Positions 26,035-33,974 of a stretch of DNA of 33,974 nt are shown here, in pieces (the first letter of the stretch is position 1; every line of letters starts with the position of its first letter). The notes below the pieces were generated by a model. The model did not search any database. It saw only the letters and a list, made by a program, of their open reading frames with translations, and was not told where the DNA came from. The stretch comes from a virus. Its lineage: Duplodnaviria; Caudoviricetes. The translations under genes and the position numbers were made by a program. The DNA lies in the IMG/VR virus record IMGVR_UViG_3300011339_000175, positions 1 to 33,974 of that record. One strand, 5' to 3'.

Positions 26035-26946
26035 ATGCCTAATCAACCAACAATTACATCAAATTATGCCGGTGAATTTGCCGGTAAATATATCGCAGCT
26101 GCGGTATTAAGTGCGAACACAATCGCAAACAATGCAGTTACTGTAATTCCAAACGTGAAATACAAAGCAACAGTTAAGAAAGCAGTTATCTCTGGCCTAG
26201 TAGCAGATGCAACTTGCGATTTTACAGATGCTGGAACAGTTACTTTGTCTGACAAAGTTTTAACAGTAGCAGAAAAACAAGTAAATTTACAATTATGTAA
26301 GACTCCATTCGAGCAAGATTGGGAAGCACAAAGTATGGGCTTTAGTTCATTCGATGTTATGCCGTCAACTTTCTCTGATTTCTTTATTGCTAAAGTTTTA
26401 AAAGATATCGCTATCGATACTGAAACTTTCTTATGGAATGCTACTAACGGACTTGGTAAATTATTAAGAACAGACGGAGCAACAGTTATCGCTACTCCTT
26501 TGACAATTACCTCTGCAAACGTAATCACAGAAATGGGCCGCGTAATTGACGGAATACCGGCTGCACTCTATGGCTCAGAAGACCTAAGATTATATGTATC
26601 TCAAAACGTAGCAAAAGCATACGTAAGAGCATTGGGAGGTTTCTCAGTAGCTGCTACTTCAAATGCGGGTGTTAACGCTTCCGGTACAACTTGGTACAAT
26701 GGTGGAGAGTTAACTTTTGACGGAGTTACAATCTTTGTTGCAAATGGTTTACCAGCTAACACAATGGTAGCTACTCAAATCTCTAATTTATTCGTAGGAT
26801 TTGGATTGGCTGACGATGCAAATGTTGTTAAGACGATTGATATGGCCGATATTGACGGAAGCAAAAATGTAAGATTTATTGCTCGTTTCTCTAGAGGTAT
26901 CCAAGTAGGTATCGGTGCAGACGCAGTTACTTACGGAATAGCATAA
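26035..26946 (+). CDS. Major capsid protein
   Basis: 303 aa after protease and scaffold; long A-rich leader; YAGEFAGKYIAAA, QVNLQLCK. Confidence 0.8.
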   Translation: MPNQPTITSNYAGEFAGKYIAAAVLSANTIANNAVTVIPNVKYKATVKKAVISGLVADATCDFTDAGTVTLSDKVLTVAEKQVNLQLCKTPFEQDWEAQSMGFSSFDVMPSTFSDFFIAKVLKDIAIDTETFLWNATNGLGKLLRTDGATVIATPLTITSANVITEMGRVIDGIPAALYGSEDLRLYVSQNVAKAYVRALGGFSVAATSNAGVNASGTTWYNGGELTFDGVTIFVANGLPANTMVATQISNLFVGFGLADDANVVKTIDMADIDGSKNVRFIARFSRGIQVGIGADAVTYGIA

Positions 26947-26957
26947 ATTAAATTAAA

Positions 26958-26988
26958 TGCCTCTCTGTAACAAGGGAGGCAATTTATT
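26958..26988 (+). terminator. Hairpin after capsid gene (probably leaky terminator)
   Basis: TGCCTCTCT-gtaaca-AGGGAGGCA then ATTTATT. Confidence 0.65.
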
Positions 26989-27009
26989 AACTTTTAAAAT
27001 AAAAAAAAT

Positions 27010-27534
27010 ATGAGTACTTGCTTAATGGCTACCGGTCGAAAGTTACCTTGCAAAGACGTAGTAGGAGGAATTAAAACAGTTTATTTCGCTGACTATGGAA
27101 CGTTAGGAACTTTGACAATAACTGCCGGTACATTAACTGCGGTTAGTGGTGCTGGAACAAACTGGTATAAATACGAAGTAAAGGGAGGAAATAATTTAGA
27201 GCAGACTATCACTTCAAGTGACGAGAATGGAACTACTTTTTATGCTCAGACAGTTACTGCGGTATTGACAAAAATGGATGTTGCTACGAATGTAGAATTA
27301 CAGAAAATGATTTCACAAAGACCTCACGTATTTGTTGAAGACAATAACGGAAATTTCTTTGCAGTAGGTTTAACTAGAGGTTGTAATATAAATGGTACAG
27401 TTACCAGCGGCACAAATTTGGGCGATATGAATGGGTACACACTTACCATAACGGCCGAAGAGCCTATCCTTGCGCCATTTGTGACTAGTACAGTTGTAAC
27501 TTCTCATTCTTCTGCTACACAGATAACACCATAA
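27010..27534 (+). CDS. Major tail (tube) protein
   Basis: 174 aa Thr/Gly-rich; CKDVVGGIK, ENGTTFY, GDMNGYTLT. Confidence 0.7.
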   Translation: MSTCLMATGRKLPCKDVVGGIKTVYFADYGTLGTLTITAGTLTAVSGAGTNWYKYEVKGGNNLEQTITSSDENGTTFYAQTVTAVLTKMDVATNVELQKMISQRPHVFVEDNNGNFFAVGLTRGCNINGTVTSGTNLGDMNGYTLTITAEEPILAPFVTSTVVTSHSSATQITP

Positions 27535-27567
27535 GAAAAAGCGTAATCGATAGGTTTTCTATGGTAT

Positions 27568-27598
27568 AAAGGGAGTGATTAGTTTCACTCCTTTTTTT
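27568..27598 (+). terminator. Intrinsic terminator
   Basis: GGAGTGA-ttagtt-TCACTCC followed by T7. Confidence 0.8.
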
Positions 27599-27603
27599 AT
27601 TTA

Positions 27604-27628
27604 CAAAAAAAAATAAATTTACGTTATA
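27604..27628 (+). promoter_or_regulatory. Putative late promoter 4
   Basis: CAAA-N14-CGTTATA immediately after the terminator. Confidence 0.7.
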
Positions 27629-27633
27629 TAACT

Positions 27634-27987
27634 ATGACAGTAGTAAACCAAGATAATACGACTCAAAGATTTATAACAATCCCTAGAAACTATATAGAGG
27701 GAGAAAGTCTAACAATAAAAGTCAGAGACGAACAAAAGAATACAGTTTTTACTTTTATACCCACAAATGTTTACCCAAATGTTTATGATTTAGTGTATAT
27801 AGACTGTAACTTGACTTGCCTATATGAGGGCGGATTCTTTGAATTAAGCGTCTTAAATGCTTCAAGTAATGTCTTATATAAGGACAGATTATTTTCGACT
27901 AACCAGAGTGCTGAAAACTACTCTATAAACAATGGTAATTTTATTACCTTGAATACAAATAACAACGATTATATCGTAATCCAATAA
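27634..27987 (+). CDS. Hypothetical virion protein
   Basis: 117 aa, beta-rich, before the portal. Confidence 0.55.
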   Translation: MTVVNQDNTTQRFITIPRNYIEGESLTIKVRDEQKNTVFTFIPTNVYPNVYDLVYIDCNLTCLYEGGFFELSVLNASSNVLYKDRLFSTNQSAENYSINNGNFITLNTNNNDYIVIQ

Positions 27988-27988
27988 T

Positions 27989-29836
27989 ATGAGAAAGAAA
28001 GCAGAAGTTAAACCTAAAAATACCGGAATTGGAATTGTCAATTTAGCGACATATACAAGTCCTAGAATTATCGAAGTAAGGAATCAAGAGTGGGTATCTT
28101 ATGGAGACGATAATAATTACTTTGGATACATTCAAGACCGTATAAATGGAAGTCCTACAAACAACGCAATAGTAAACGGAATCAGTCAAATGATATTCGG
28201 TCAAGGATTAGATGCAACCGATGCACAAATCAAGCCGGAAGACTACGCACAAGCGATGTTATTATTTGATGACGATACAGTCGAGAGACTTTGTTATGAT
28301 TTAAAAGCTATGGGCCAGTGTGCTATTCAAGTAGTTTATTCAATAGACAGAACTAGAATAGTTGAATGTAATCATTGGCCGGTTGAAACTTTGCGTAGTG
28401 GTAAATGTAATGAGGACGGAGAGGTTGAATTTTATTTTTATGCTGACGATTGGACGAAAGTAACTAGACAGAATCCGGCAACTCCAATACCGGCATTTGG
28501 TACAAGTCAAGAGAGCGAAGAGATACTTTACATTAAACCATATAAAACCGGATTCTATTATTACTCTCCTCCAGATTGGCAAGGAGGTTTACAATACTGC
28601 GAACTAGAGGAGGAAATAAGCAACTATCATTTAAACAATATAATGAATGGCCTTGCTCCAAGTATGTTAATCAATTTCAATAATGGAACTCCAACAGAGG
28701 ACGAGCAAAGAGATATAGAAAGAGCAATAACTCAAAAATTCTCGGGTACTTCAAACGCTGGAAGATTCATTTTATCTTTTAATGATTCAAATGATTACGG
28801 AGCAACTATTACTCCGGTGCAGTTAAGTGATGCACACAATCAATATCAATTCCTTTCGGATGAGAGTATGCGTAAAATAATGGTATCTCACAGAGTAATC
28901 AGTCCTTTACTTTTAGGTATTAAAGATAACACCGGATTTGGTAACAATGCAGACGAATTGCAGACTGCGACTATATTAATGCAGAATACAGTTATAAAAC
29001 CATTCCAAAACTTAATAATAAAAGAACTAAATAACATACTAGCGTATAATGGAATCACTTTAGATTTATACTTTAAAACTTTACAACCGCTAGACGCAGT
29101 AAATGACTTAACTATAACAGAAAAATCAAACACTATTATAGACGGAATTAACTCTTTAAGTCCTCTGGTAGCTAATAAAGTACTTGAGTCGATGACTGCT
29201 GACGAGATACGCTCTCTAGTAGGTTTAAAATCAGCAATTCCACAAGTAGCACCTCAACAGACTTTGTCTGCTATTGATTTGTCAGAGTTTGGAGAGGAGA
29301 TAGACCTAGAACAATACGAACTTATTGACTCTAGAGCAGTAGATTATGAGCAAGAGGAAAAACTAGACAGTCAATTAAGCGTACATTTAAGCACCGGGAG
29401 TGCATATGGTAACGCAAAAAGTATAGAAGACAGTCCGATTTATAAAGTTCGTTACAGATATGGAGGCAACCCTAACCCGGAAAGAAAGTTTTGCAGAGAA
29501 ATGATGTCGGCAAATAAAATATATCGTAAAGAGGATATAAATAGAATGAGTACAATGAATGTTAATCCGGGATTCGGTATGAGACCAGAGCCTAATGATC
29601 CTTATGACATATTTTTATGGAAAGGTGGAGGCTTACTTTCTGAGGAATTTCCTAACGGAACTTGCAAACATTTTTGGATTCGTGAAACTTACGCAAGTAA
29701 AGACAGAAGTACAAAAGTAGACGTATACAGTCCGAATGCTGAAATAGTTAGTCCTACAAAATCTATTGCAGAGAATGGATTTATACCAACAGTTAACGAC
29801 CAAAGAGCATATATCGCTCCACACGATATGAAATAA
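27989..29836 (+). CDS. Portal protein with C-terminal extension
   Basis: YGDDNNY, SPTNNAI, YYSPPDW, NGLAPS, FSGTSNAG, HRVISPLLLGI; extra ~180-aa Cys/His domain. Confidence 0.8.
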   Translation: MRKKAEVKPKNTGIGIVNLATYTSPRIIEVRNQEWVSYGDDNNYFGYIQDRINGSPTNNAIVNGISQMIFGQGLDATDAQIKPEDYAQAMLLFDDDTVERLCYDLKAMGQCAIQVVYSIDRTRIVECNHWPVETLRSGKCNEDGEVEFYFYADDWTKVTRQNPATPIPAFGTSQESEEILYIKPYKTGFYYYSPPDWQGGLQYCELEEEISNYHLNNIMNGLAPSMLINFNNGTPTEDEQRDIERAITQKFSGTSNAGRFILSFNDSNDYGATITPVQLSDAHNQYQFLSDESMRKIMVSHRVISPLLLGIKDNTGFGNNADELQTATILMQNTVIKPFQNLIIKELNNILAYNGITLDLYFKTLQPLDAVNDLTITEKSNTIIDGINSLSPLVANKVLESMTADEIRSLVGLKSAIPQVAPQQTLSAIDLSEFGEEIDLEQYELIDSRAVDYEQEEKLDSQLSVHLSTGSAYGNAKSIEDSPIYKVRYRYGGNPNPERKFCREMMSANKIYRKEDINRMSTMNVNPGFGMRPEPNDPYDIFLWKGGGLLSEEFPNGTCKHFWIRETYASKDRSTKVDVYSPNAEIVSPTKSIAENGFIPTVNDQRAYIAPHDMK

Positions 29837-29838
29837 TT

Positions 29839-30342
29839 ATGGCTACAACTTTATTCATAACACAGACAGACCTAAAAGCAAATACTATCCTTAACGGAAA
29901 CGTTGATGCTGATTTGTTTATGCAGTTTATTAAGATTGCACAACAGATGCACGTACAAAACTATTTAGGTACTCAATTATACAATACTATCACAACTAAA
30001 ATAAATACTTCGACATTAACCGGAGATTATTTAGATTTAGTTAAAGACTTTGTACAACCGATGCTTATTCATTTTGCTATGATTGATTATTTGCCATTTG
30101 CAAACTACCAAATCCGTAACGGAGGAGTATTTAAACATCGTAGTGAGAACTCAGAAACTCCAAGCAAAGAAGAGTTAGATATATTAGTTCAAAAGCATAG
30201 AACTTTTGCAGACTTTTACGCTACTAGATTTATTGATTATATGGGTATAAATGCAGCCTCTAAATTCCCAGAGTATTGGACCAATAGAGACAGTGATATG
30301 TATCCGGACCAAAAAGCTAATCCTTGCAACTGGGTATTATGA
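29839..30342 (+). CDS. Putative head-tail adaptor
   Basis: 167 aa after portal; NVDADL...IAQQMHVQNYLGTQLY. Confidence 0.6.
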   Translation: MATTLFITQTDLKANTILNGNVDADLFMQFIKIAQQMHVQNYLGTQLYNTITTKINTSTLTGDYLDLVKDFVQPMLIHFAMIDYLPFANYQIRNGGVFKHRSENSETPSKEELDILVQKHRTFADFYATRFIDYMGINAASKFPEYWTNRDSDMYPDQKANPCNWVL

Positions 30343-30437
30343 AAGAGTCAAAAAATAAATTTATCGCTTATAAGATTAAAAAAGAAAACTTACAAAAAGT
30401 TAAGCAATATTTAAGCAAACAAATCAAAACGAAATGA
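30339..30437 (+). CDS. 32-aa basic peptide (not in ORF track)
   Basis: MKESKNKFIAYKIKKENLQKVKQYLSKQIKTK*; ATGA overlaps on both sides. Confidence 0.5.
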   Translation: MKESKNKFIAYKIKKENLQKVKQYLSKQIKTK

Positions 30438-30769
30438 GTTATAATTTTACACATATAAAGGGAGATACATTTGAAGCGGTTAATTTTGCTTTGATTAAAA
30501 ATAGTGTAGTAGTTAATTTAACCGGTGCAACAATTAGAATGCAGTTGAGAAGCGAATGCGGAGGACTGATTGCATTATCTTTGACTTCGGTAGCAAGTGC
30601 TGGTATAACAATTACAAACGCTGCTGGAGGCTTATTTAGAATAAACAAACAAATTATAAATATAGCATCCGGTAATTACTTATATGATTTAGAAATCTTA
30701 TTTGCAGACGGAACTATAAAAACTTGGTTAAGTGGAGAATTTTTAATTGAATGTGATATAACTAGATAA
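30434..30769 (+). CDS. BppU-N-like tail fibre attachment protein
   Basis: KGDTF...NLTGATIRMQLR...GNYLYDLEI. Confidence 0.6.
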   Translation: MSYNFTHIKGDTFEAVNFALIKNSVVVNLTGATIRMQLRSECGGLIALSLTSVASAGITITNAAGGLFRINKQIINIASGNYLYDLEILFADGTIKTWLSGEFLIECDITR

Positions 30770-31911
30770 TGAGCGATATAATAGACATAAATATAAGTCC
30801 AGTAATAGAAACGGTTGACTTAACTATTGAGCCGAATCTAACTACTATAAACGTTAACACAGTTACCGGAGGAGGAGGAGCAGTTGATTCAGTTAACGGA
30901 CAGATTGGAGTTGTAGTTTTAGACCAAGACGATATCCTTGACGGAACTACTTACAAGCAATATTCACTTACTGAAAAAAATAAACTTTCGGGAATTGAAG
31001 CCGGAGCAGAAGTAAATGTTAATGCTGATTGGAATGCTACAAGTGGTGATGCTCAAATATTAAATAAGCCAACTATTCCAAGCGTTACAAATTTAGTTCC
31101 TTATACCGGTGCAACTACTGATGTTGATTTAGGAGAGTTTGAATTAAAAGCTGGACAAGTTGAATTTGACCAAACACCAACGGGAACTGCTGGAGTAGGA
31201 GTAATGCGATGGAATGATACAGATGGAACTGTTGATTTAGGTTTAAAAGGTGGAAACGTTACATTACAAATAGGTCAAGAGGAAGTTGTCAGAGTTGTAA
31301 ATAAAACTGCAACAAATATAAATTTATTACAAGCAAATTACCAAGCAGTAAGAGTAACTGGCGCACAAGGTCAACGTTTAAAAGTAGATTTAGCACAAGC
31401 TACAAATGATAATTTAAGTGCTGAAACAATAGGATTAGTTACTGAAACAATAAACAACAATCAAGAAGGATTTATTACAACAAATGGATTAGTAAGAAAC
31501 ATAAATACTACTGGTTCTTTACAAGGTGAAACTTGGGTTGATGGTGATATAGTTTATTTAAGTGCAACTACTGCTGGAAGAATTACAAATGTTAAACCAC
31601 TTGCACCAAATCATTTAGTTATTATTGGTTATGTAGTTTCTGCTCACATCACACAAGGCTCTATATTTGTTAAGATTAATGTAGGTTATGAATTAGACGA
31701 GCTACACAATGTTTCTATATCTACACCTTTAAACAATCAAGCATTAACTTATGAAACTTCAACGCAACTTTGGAAAAATAAAACTATAATTGAAGATAGT
31801 ATAGCAGATGGAGTAACAGACAAAGCACCAAGTCAAAACGCAGTCTTTGATGCATTGGCTTTGAAACCAGACGAATTACAAGTAGTATTATTAAGTCAAG
31901 TATATTCATAA
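30769..31911 (+). CDS. Tail fibre protein
   Basis: VDSVNGQIGVVVL, KLSGIEAGAEVNVNADWNATSGDAQILNKP, VPYTGAT, LDELHNV fibre motifs. Confidence 0.8.
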   Translation: MSDIIDINISPVIETVDLTIEPNLTTINVNTVTGGGGAVDSVNGQIGVVVLDQDDILDGTTYKQYSLTEKNKLSGIEAGAEVNVNADWNATSGDAQILNKPTIPSVTNLVPYTGATTDVDLGEFELKAGQVEFDQTPTGTAGVGVMRWNDTDGTVDLGLKGGNVTLQIGQEEVVRVVNKTATNINLLQANYQAVRVTGAQGQRLKVDLAQATNDNLSAETIGLVTETINNNQEGFITTNGLVRNINTTGSLQGETWVDGDIVYLSATTAGRITNVKPLAPNHLVIIGYVVSAHITQGSIFVKINVGYELDELHNVSISTPLNNQALTYETSTQLWKNKTIIEDSIADGVTDKAPSQNAVFDALALKPDELQVVLLSQVYS

Positions 31912-31929
31912 CATAAAAATAAAAAACAT

Positions 31930-32289
31930 ATGCCAATAAGTAAACAAATATTAAGCGGTTCAACGGGTGGAATGCCTATTAAAGTAGTAGCAACTGCAAC
32001 AACTGGAACAACTATCCACGCAACTGGAACAAGTGCATCTGTAATTGATGAAGTTTGGCTTTATGCAACTAATACTTCAGCAAGTACTGCAACATTAACT
32101 ATTGAATATGGCTCTACAACTGCACCCGACCAAAATATAATACTTTCAATTCCAGCTAAAAGTGGTTTAACTATTTGTGTTGCGGGTACAATTTTAGTAG
32201 GTACTGGTTCAGCAGCAAGAACAATTACTGCTTTTGCAAGTACTGCCAATGTTATTAATATAGTAGGTTATGTAAATCGTATATCATAA
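31930..32289 (+). CDS. Small tail-fibre-associated virion protein (allele 2)
   Basis: 111/119 aa identical to 330..689. Confidence 0.65.
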   Translation: MPISKQILSGSTGGMPIKVVATATTGTTIHATGTSASVIDEVWLYATNTSASTATLTIEYGSTTAPDQNIILSIPAKSGLTICVAGTILVGTGSAARTITAFASTANVINIVGYVNRIS

Positions 32290-33122
32290 TGGGAAGATTT
32301 GACTTTAAAACAAGAACGGGACAAATATCTACAATTATACAAAGTGGTATTATTGATGCCGATGCACAAGCATTTTTTAATAGAGTAATAGCAGCGGGTG
32401 GAACTTTAACAAGTACAGAGCAAATAGCAATTAATGACCTTGTATTAAATATGAAAAGTGCGGGGATTTGGAACTCTATGAAAGCCATTTATCCAATGGT
32501 TGGAGCAAGTGCTGCAGCTTGTGCACAGAATTTAAAATCTTCAAGTTTTACTGGTACATTTACAAGCGGTTGGACTTTTGCGAGTACTGGGGTAACGCCT
32601 AATGGAACGAGTGCATATTTTGATACTGGATTTATTCCGAATACAAGTTTAACATTTAATAGCGTAAGTTTTTCTGTTTATTCACGAAATGATTTTACAC
32701 CCTCAACTAACAAAAGTTTTGGTTGTGCTATTGGTGCTTTATCTTTGCCAATTATGGGAGCAACTTTTGAAACAACAAAACGCTATAATAGTTTCATTTA
32801 TAGTTATAATACTCCCGATATTTTAAGTTCAGCAATTAATCAAAATTTTGCAGCTTTGTTTTTAACATCACGAACATCTAATTCTTCTGCTAAATCATTT
32901 AGAAATTCATCAAATATAGCATCTGTAACAACAAATGGTCAAACAACACAGCCAACAAATTCATTTTTATTTGGTGCATTAAGATTACAATCAAGTATAG
33001 TTGAATATCTTGATTTTCAACACGCATTTGCTCATATCGGAGACGGCTTAAACGACACTCAAGCATCTAACTTTTACACAGCAGTACAAGCATTTCAAAC
33101 AACTTTAAGCAGACAAGTATAA
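32289..33122 (+). CDS. Putative receptor-binding/tail protein (same protein as 689..1522)
   Basis: Identical 277-aa translation. Confidence 0.55.
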   Translation: MGRFDFKTRTGQISTIIQSGIIDADAQAFFNRVIAAGGTLTSTEQIAINDLVLNMKSAGIWNSMKAIYPMVGASAAACAQNLKSSSFTGTFTSGWTFASTGVTPNGTSAYFDTGFIPNTSLTFNSVSFSVYSRNDFTPSTNKSFGCAIGALSLPIMGATFETTKRYNSFIYSYNTPDILSSAINQNFAALFLTSRTSNSSAKSFRNSSNIASVTTNGQTTQPTNSFLFGALRLQSSIVEYLDFQHAFAHIGDGLNDTQASNFYTAVQAFQTTLSRQV

Positions 33123-33337
33123 TGGAAGGATATATTTTAACAATAGAGCAAAAAGAAGAAATACAAGGGGTATTTTATTCAACATACGAGTTTTTTAATT
33201 GTGTGCAAGATATCAACGATATTTGGTTTTTATTTTTATCAGAGCAAGACAAAGAAACAATTATCAATACACAATGGAATTGGTTATTGGATTTAACGCA
33301 AGGAGAATACGTGCCTAAACCAATAATAATAAATTAA
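33122..33337 (+). CDS. Small acidic protein (allele 2)
   Basis: Identical to 1522..1743 until the last ~15 codons. Confidence 0.55.
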   Translation: MEGYILTIEQKEEIQGVFYSTYEFFNCVQDINDIWFLFLSEQDKETIINTQWNWLLDLTQGEYVPKPIIIN

Positions 33338-33341
33338 ATAA

Positions 33342-33755
33342 ATGAATTGGTTTTTAGAAAATTGGATGGCAATAGTCAGTACATTATCAATACCTGTTGC
33401 TTGGGTTTTTGGTGGTAAACAAGCTAAAAAAGTAGAATTAAAAAATAGTAATGGTGACTTTTTAACAAAAGTACAAAATATTTATGATGCTTTAGTTGAA
33501 GATTTAAAAACTGATAGAGATGAATTAAGGGCTTGTAATGTTGAACAAAGTAAAGATATTTCAGAATTAAGAAACGATGTAAGAAGTTTACAAAAGCAGT
33601 TTAATGATTTGTATTTAGCATACGCAAAAGAAGTAGAAGCAAGTAAATATTGGAAAGATAAATTTGATGCTTTAGAGTTAAAATACATTGTTTTAGAGAA
33701 AGACCACGAAGCATTAAAAAAGCAATTTGAAAGCTATAAAAAATCAAACAAATGA
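33342..33755 (+). CDS. N-terminal TM plus coiled-coil protein, putative holin/lysis accessory
   Basis: WMAIVSTLSIPVAWVFGG then long heptad repeats; ATGA-coupled to the lysozyme. Confidence 0.55.
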   Translation: MNWFLENWMAIVSTLSIPVAWVFGGKQAKKVELKNSNGDFLTKVQNIYDALVEDLKTDRDELRACNVEQSKDISELRNDVRSLQKQFNDLYLAYAKEVEASKYWKDKFDALELKYIVLEKDHEALKKQFESYKKSNK

Positions 33756-33974
33756 TATTAGATAATAAAGGTTATTTATTAATAACTAAATTTGAAGGAT
33801 TAAAATTAAAACCATATTTGTGTAGTGCTAAAATTCCAACAATAGGTTATGGAAATACATATTATCCTAATGGTAAAAGAGTAACTTTATTAGACAAAGA
33901 TATTACTAAACAAGAAGCATTTGATATGTTTAAAGAAGTTGCTAATAGATTTGCAAAAAGAGTAAATGAATTAG
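33752..33974 (+). CDS. Endolysin, GH24 phage lysozyme (3'-truncated, not in ORF track)
   Basis: MILDNKGYLLITKFEGLKLKPYLCSAKIPTIGYGNTYYPNG...; E-x8-C-x5-T catalytic pattern. Confidence 0.88.
   Translation, partial: MILDNKGYLLITKFEGLKLKPYLCSAKIPTIGYGNTYYPNGKRVTLLDKDITKQEAFDMFKEVANRFAKRVNEL

Larger units (their letters stand above)
31694..33330 (+). repeat. Imperfect direct repeat, copy 2; apparently identical core 32304..33285
   Basis: Aligns to 1..1730. Confidence 0.95.

Noticed and set aside
461-33688. Minus-strand ORFs in the ORF track (e.g. 14827..15285, 26064..26528, 25598..25957)
   Set aside because: All lie antisense to well-supported plus-strand genes and have no recognisable motifs, so they are treated as shadow ORFs.
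1-33974. Stop-codon reassignment, tRNA genes, integrase/att site
   Set aside because: Genes are intact and densely packed under the standard code, and I saw no cloverleaf or recombinase motifs by eye.

Overview
The window is an AT-rich tailed dsDNA phage genome, probably siphovirus-like and probably infecting a Bacteroidota/Flavobacterium-type host (TTTG-N19-TAnnTTTG promoters, A-rich starts without Shine-Dalgarno, DUF3127-type SSB). One genome unit is about 31.6 kb and all credible genes are on the + strand. Gene order: lysis (holins, M15 peptidase, u-spanin-like lipoprotein), metallophosphoesterase, HNH, NinG, early mini-genes, ERF/SSB/SF4 helicase, ECF-like sigma factor, a mini-gene array, exonuclease, DnaA-C, ParB plus adenine methyltransferase, terminase, tail module, head module, portal, tail fibres. 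I recognised no integrase, repressor, DNA polymerase, primase or tRNA. The two ends overlap (1-1730 vs 31694-33330) but are not a clean terminal repeat: an apparently identical 982-bp core is flanked by diverged alleles and followed by two different lysis cassettes. The most notable signals are (i) a promoter- and terminator-bounded ~70-nt RNA complementary to the translation starts of early and replication genes, (ii) a promoter-driven switch-like RNA with complementary loops plus ~250 nt of further stems in a 440-bp non-coding gap, (iii) near-total avoidance of the degenerate motif CAKG/CMTG with excess CCGG, (iv) a 4-copy late promoter CAAA-N13/14-CGTTATA, and (v) a -1 frameshift in the tail chaperone. 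All counts and alignments were done by eye, and family assignments come from motif recognition rather than database searches.
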